Notes under the pieces: generated by a model | What the model was told of the DNA's origin: nothing | What the model saw: only the letters and a program-made list of their open reading frames with translations | Database searches by the model: none | Program-made: the position numbers and the translations under genes | Part shown: positions 63,301 to 64,000 of the stretch, piece by piece | Numbering within the stretch: position 1 is the stretch's first letter | Layout of the letters: each line of letters opens with the position of its first letter | Source of the DNA: Basidiobolus meristosporus CBS 931.73 | Taxonomy: Eukaryota > Fungi > Basidiobolomycota | Length of the DNA stretch: 64,000 nucleotides | Direction of reading: 5' to 3' | Assembly (NCBI GenBank): GCA_002104905.1 | Contig: MCFE01000094.1 | Span: 1 to 64,000 of the forward strand

Positions 63301-64000
63301 GGCTATCTCCTGTTTCAATGGCATGATCCACATCTCTGACTGGTGGTTGGCTTGCAAGTTCTTCTGGAAACACGTCTGAATATTTCTTCAAGAGAGTCTG
63401 GACCTGCTAGGGTGCTGGGATAGAGGAATCCCCCTGTAATAGCACCATGAGGAACATCTGAGTACCTTTTCTAAGTAAGTGCACTACAGAACTGGGTCTT
63501 GCTAAGTTCACTTGTCTCACATATACTGGCATTGACCAAGTTGAAATCCAGCCTGGCAGGTAATAGCTCATAGGTCTTGTTGTCCTTTTGGATCTGAGTA
63601 GCATGGGTTCTCCAGTTGATTGATGGATTACAACAAAATAGCCAGGTTTTCCTAAGTACAAGGTCAAACTTGCAGTTCCCAAATATATAGGCCTGTAGGT
63701 CTTCTTCATAGCCATTGATCTTCATTCTTACTGGCTGGGTAATAGGATGATTATGTGAGATTTCCCATCAGCTGTTGAGACCAAAGTTGATTTGGTAGGT
63801 TCCAAGTTAATTCCAGCTTTCAGAGCAAATTGCTCTGACATGTACACATGTGATGCTCCTGAGTCAATCATGATCTTGGCAGGTACTCCATTGATTACTC
63901 CATTCTAGTATAATAGCTTTCCTGAGTTTGAGGCCATCTGGGAGAGGTATTCTTCTGTCATGTGGAAGGTGAGTTCTGAGTCTTCTTCAAATTCATCCTC
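60361..64000 (-). mobile_element. Ty3/gypsy retrotransposon (family D): 3' LTR 60361-60729, PPT, integrase, RNase H, RT, protease; 5' part beyond the window
   Basis: IMIDSGASH protease, [19 protein letters not shown] and [26 protein letters not shown] RNase H, YHPRTNGVTE integrase; several stops and frameshifts; no chromodomain seen. Confidence 0.93.

Noticed and set aside
1-64000. CRISPR arrays, rRNA or tRNA genes, prokaryotic operons
   Set aside because: None seen; the locus is eukaryotic and its repeats are explained by LTRs, TIRs and duplications.

Overview
Eukaryotic (fungal) genomic DNA. Short GT-AG introns of about 55-90 bp with CTAAC/CTGAC branch sites and the gene set fit an early-diverging fungus; a Basidiobolus-like zoopagomycete is plausible but is only inference. 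The window has three compartments. (1) About 1-8.3 kb: an island of intronless secreted-protein genes, with three tandem bacterial-type (YkwD-like) CAP/SCP genes, a (TAGGGT)5 telomere-type repeat between two of them, and a secreted basic MltA/3D-domain protein. (2) About 8.4-33.7 kb: dense spliced core genes: mitochondrial peroxiredoxin 5, G-protein gamma, a cAMP-receptor-like GPCR, Tof1/Timeless, a MoxR/ChlI-lid-type protein, a Cdc25-type RasGEF, an NPC2-like ML protein, an SLC35F3/4-like DMT transporter, a THI20-like ThiD-TenA fusion and an SLC25 carrier. (3) About 33.8-64 kb: an abruptly starting, strongly CpG-depleted nest of decayed transposons: two Ty1/copia LTR families with a half-tRNA-iMet-type PBS, two Ty3/gypsy families, a CACTA/Tnp2 element, a 734-bp foldback element and unidentified repeats. 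The best leads are the secreted CAP plus 3D island, a possible thiamine-salvage gene pair with a TPP-aptamer-like half motif in THI20 intron 1, and the self-nesting methylated-looking TE block (candidate pericentromere). All calls are by eye from motifs; no database searches were run.
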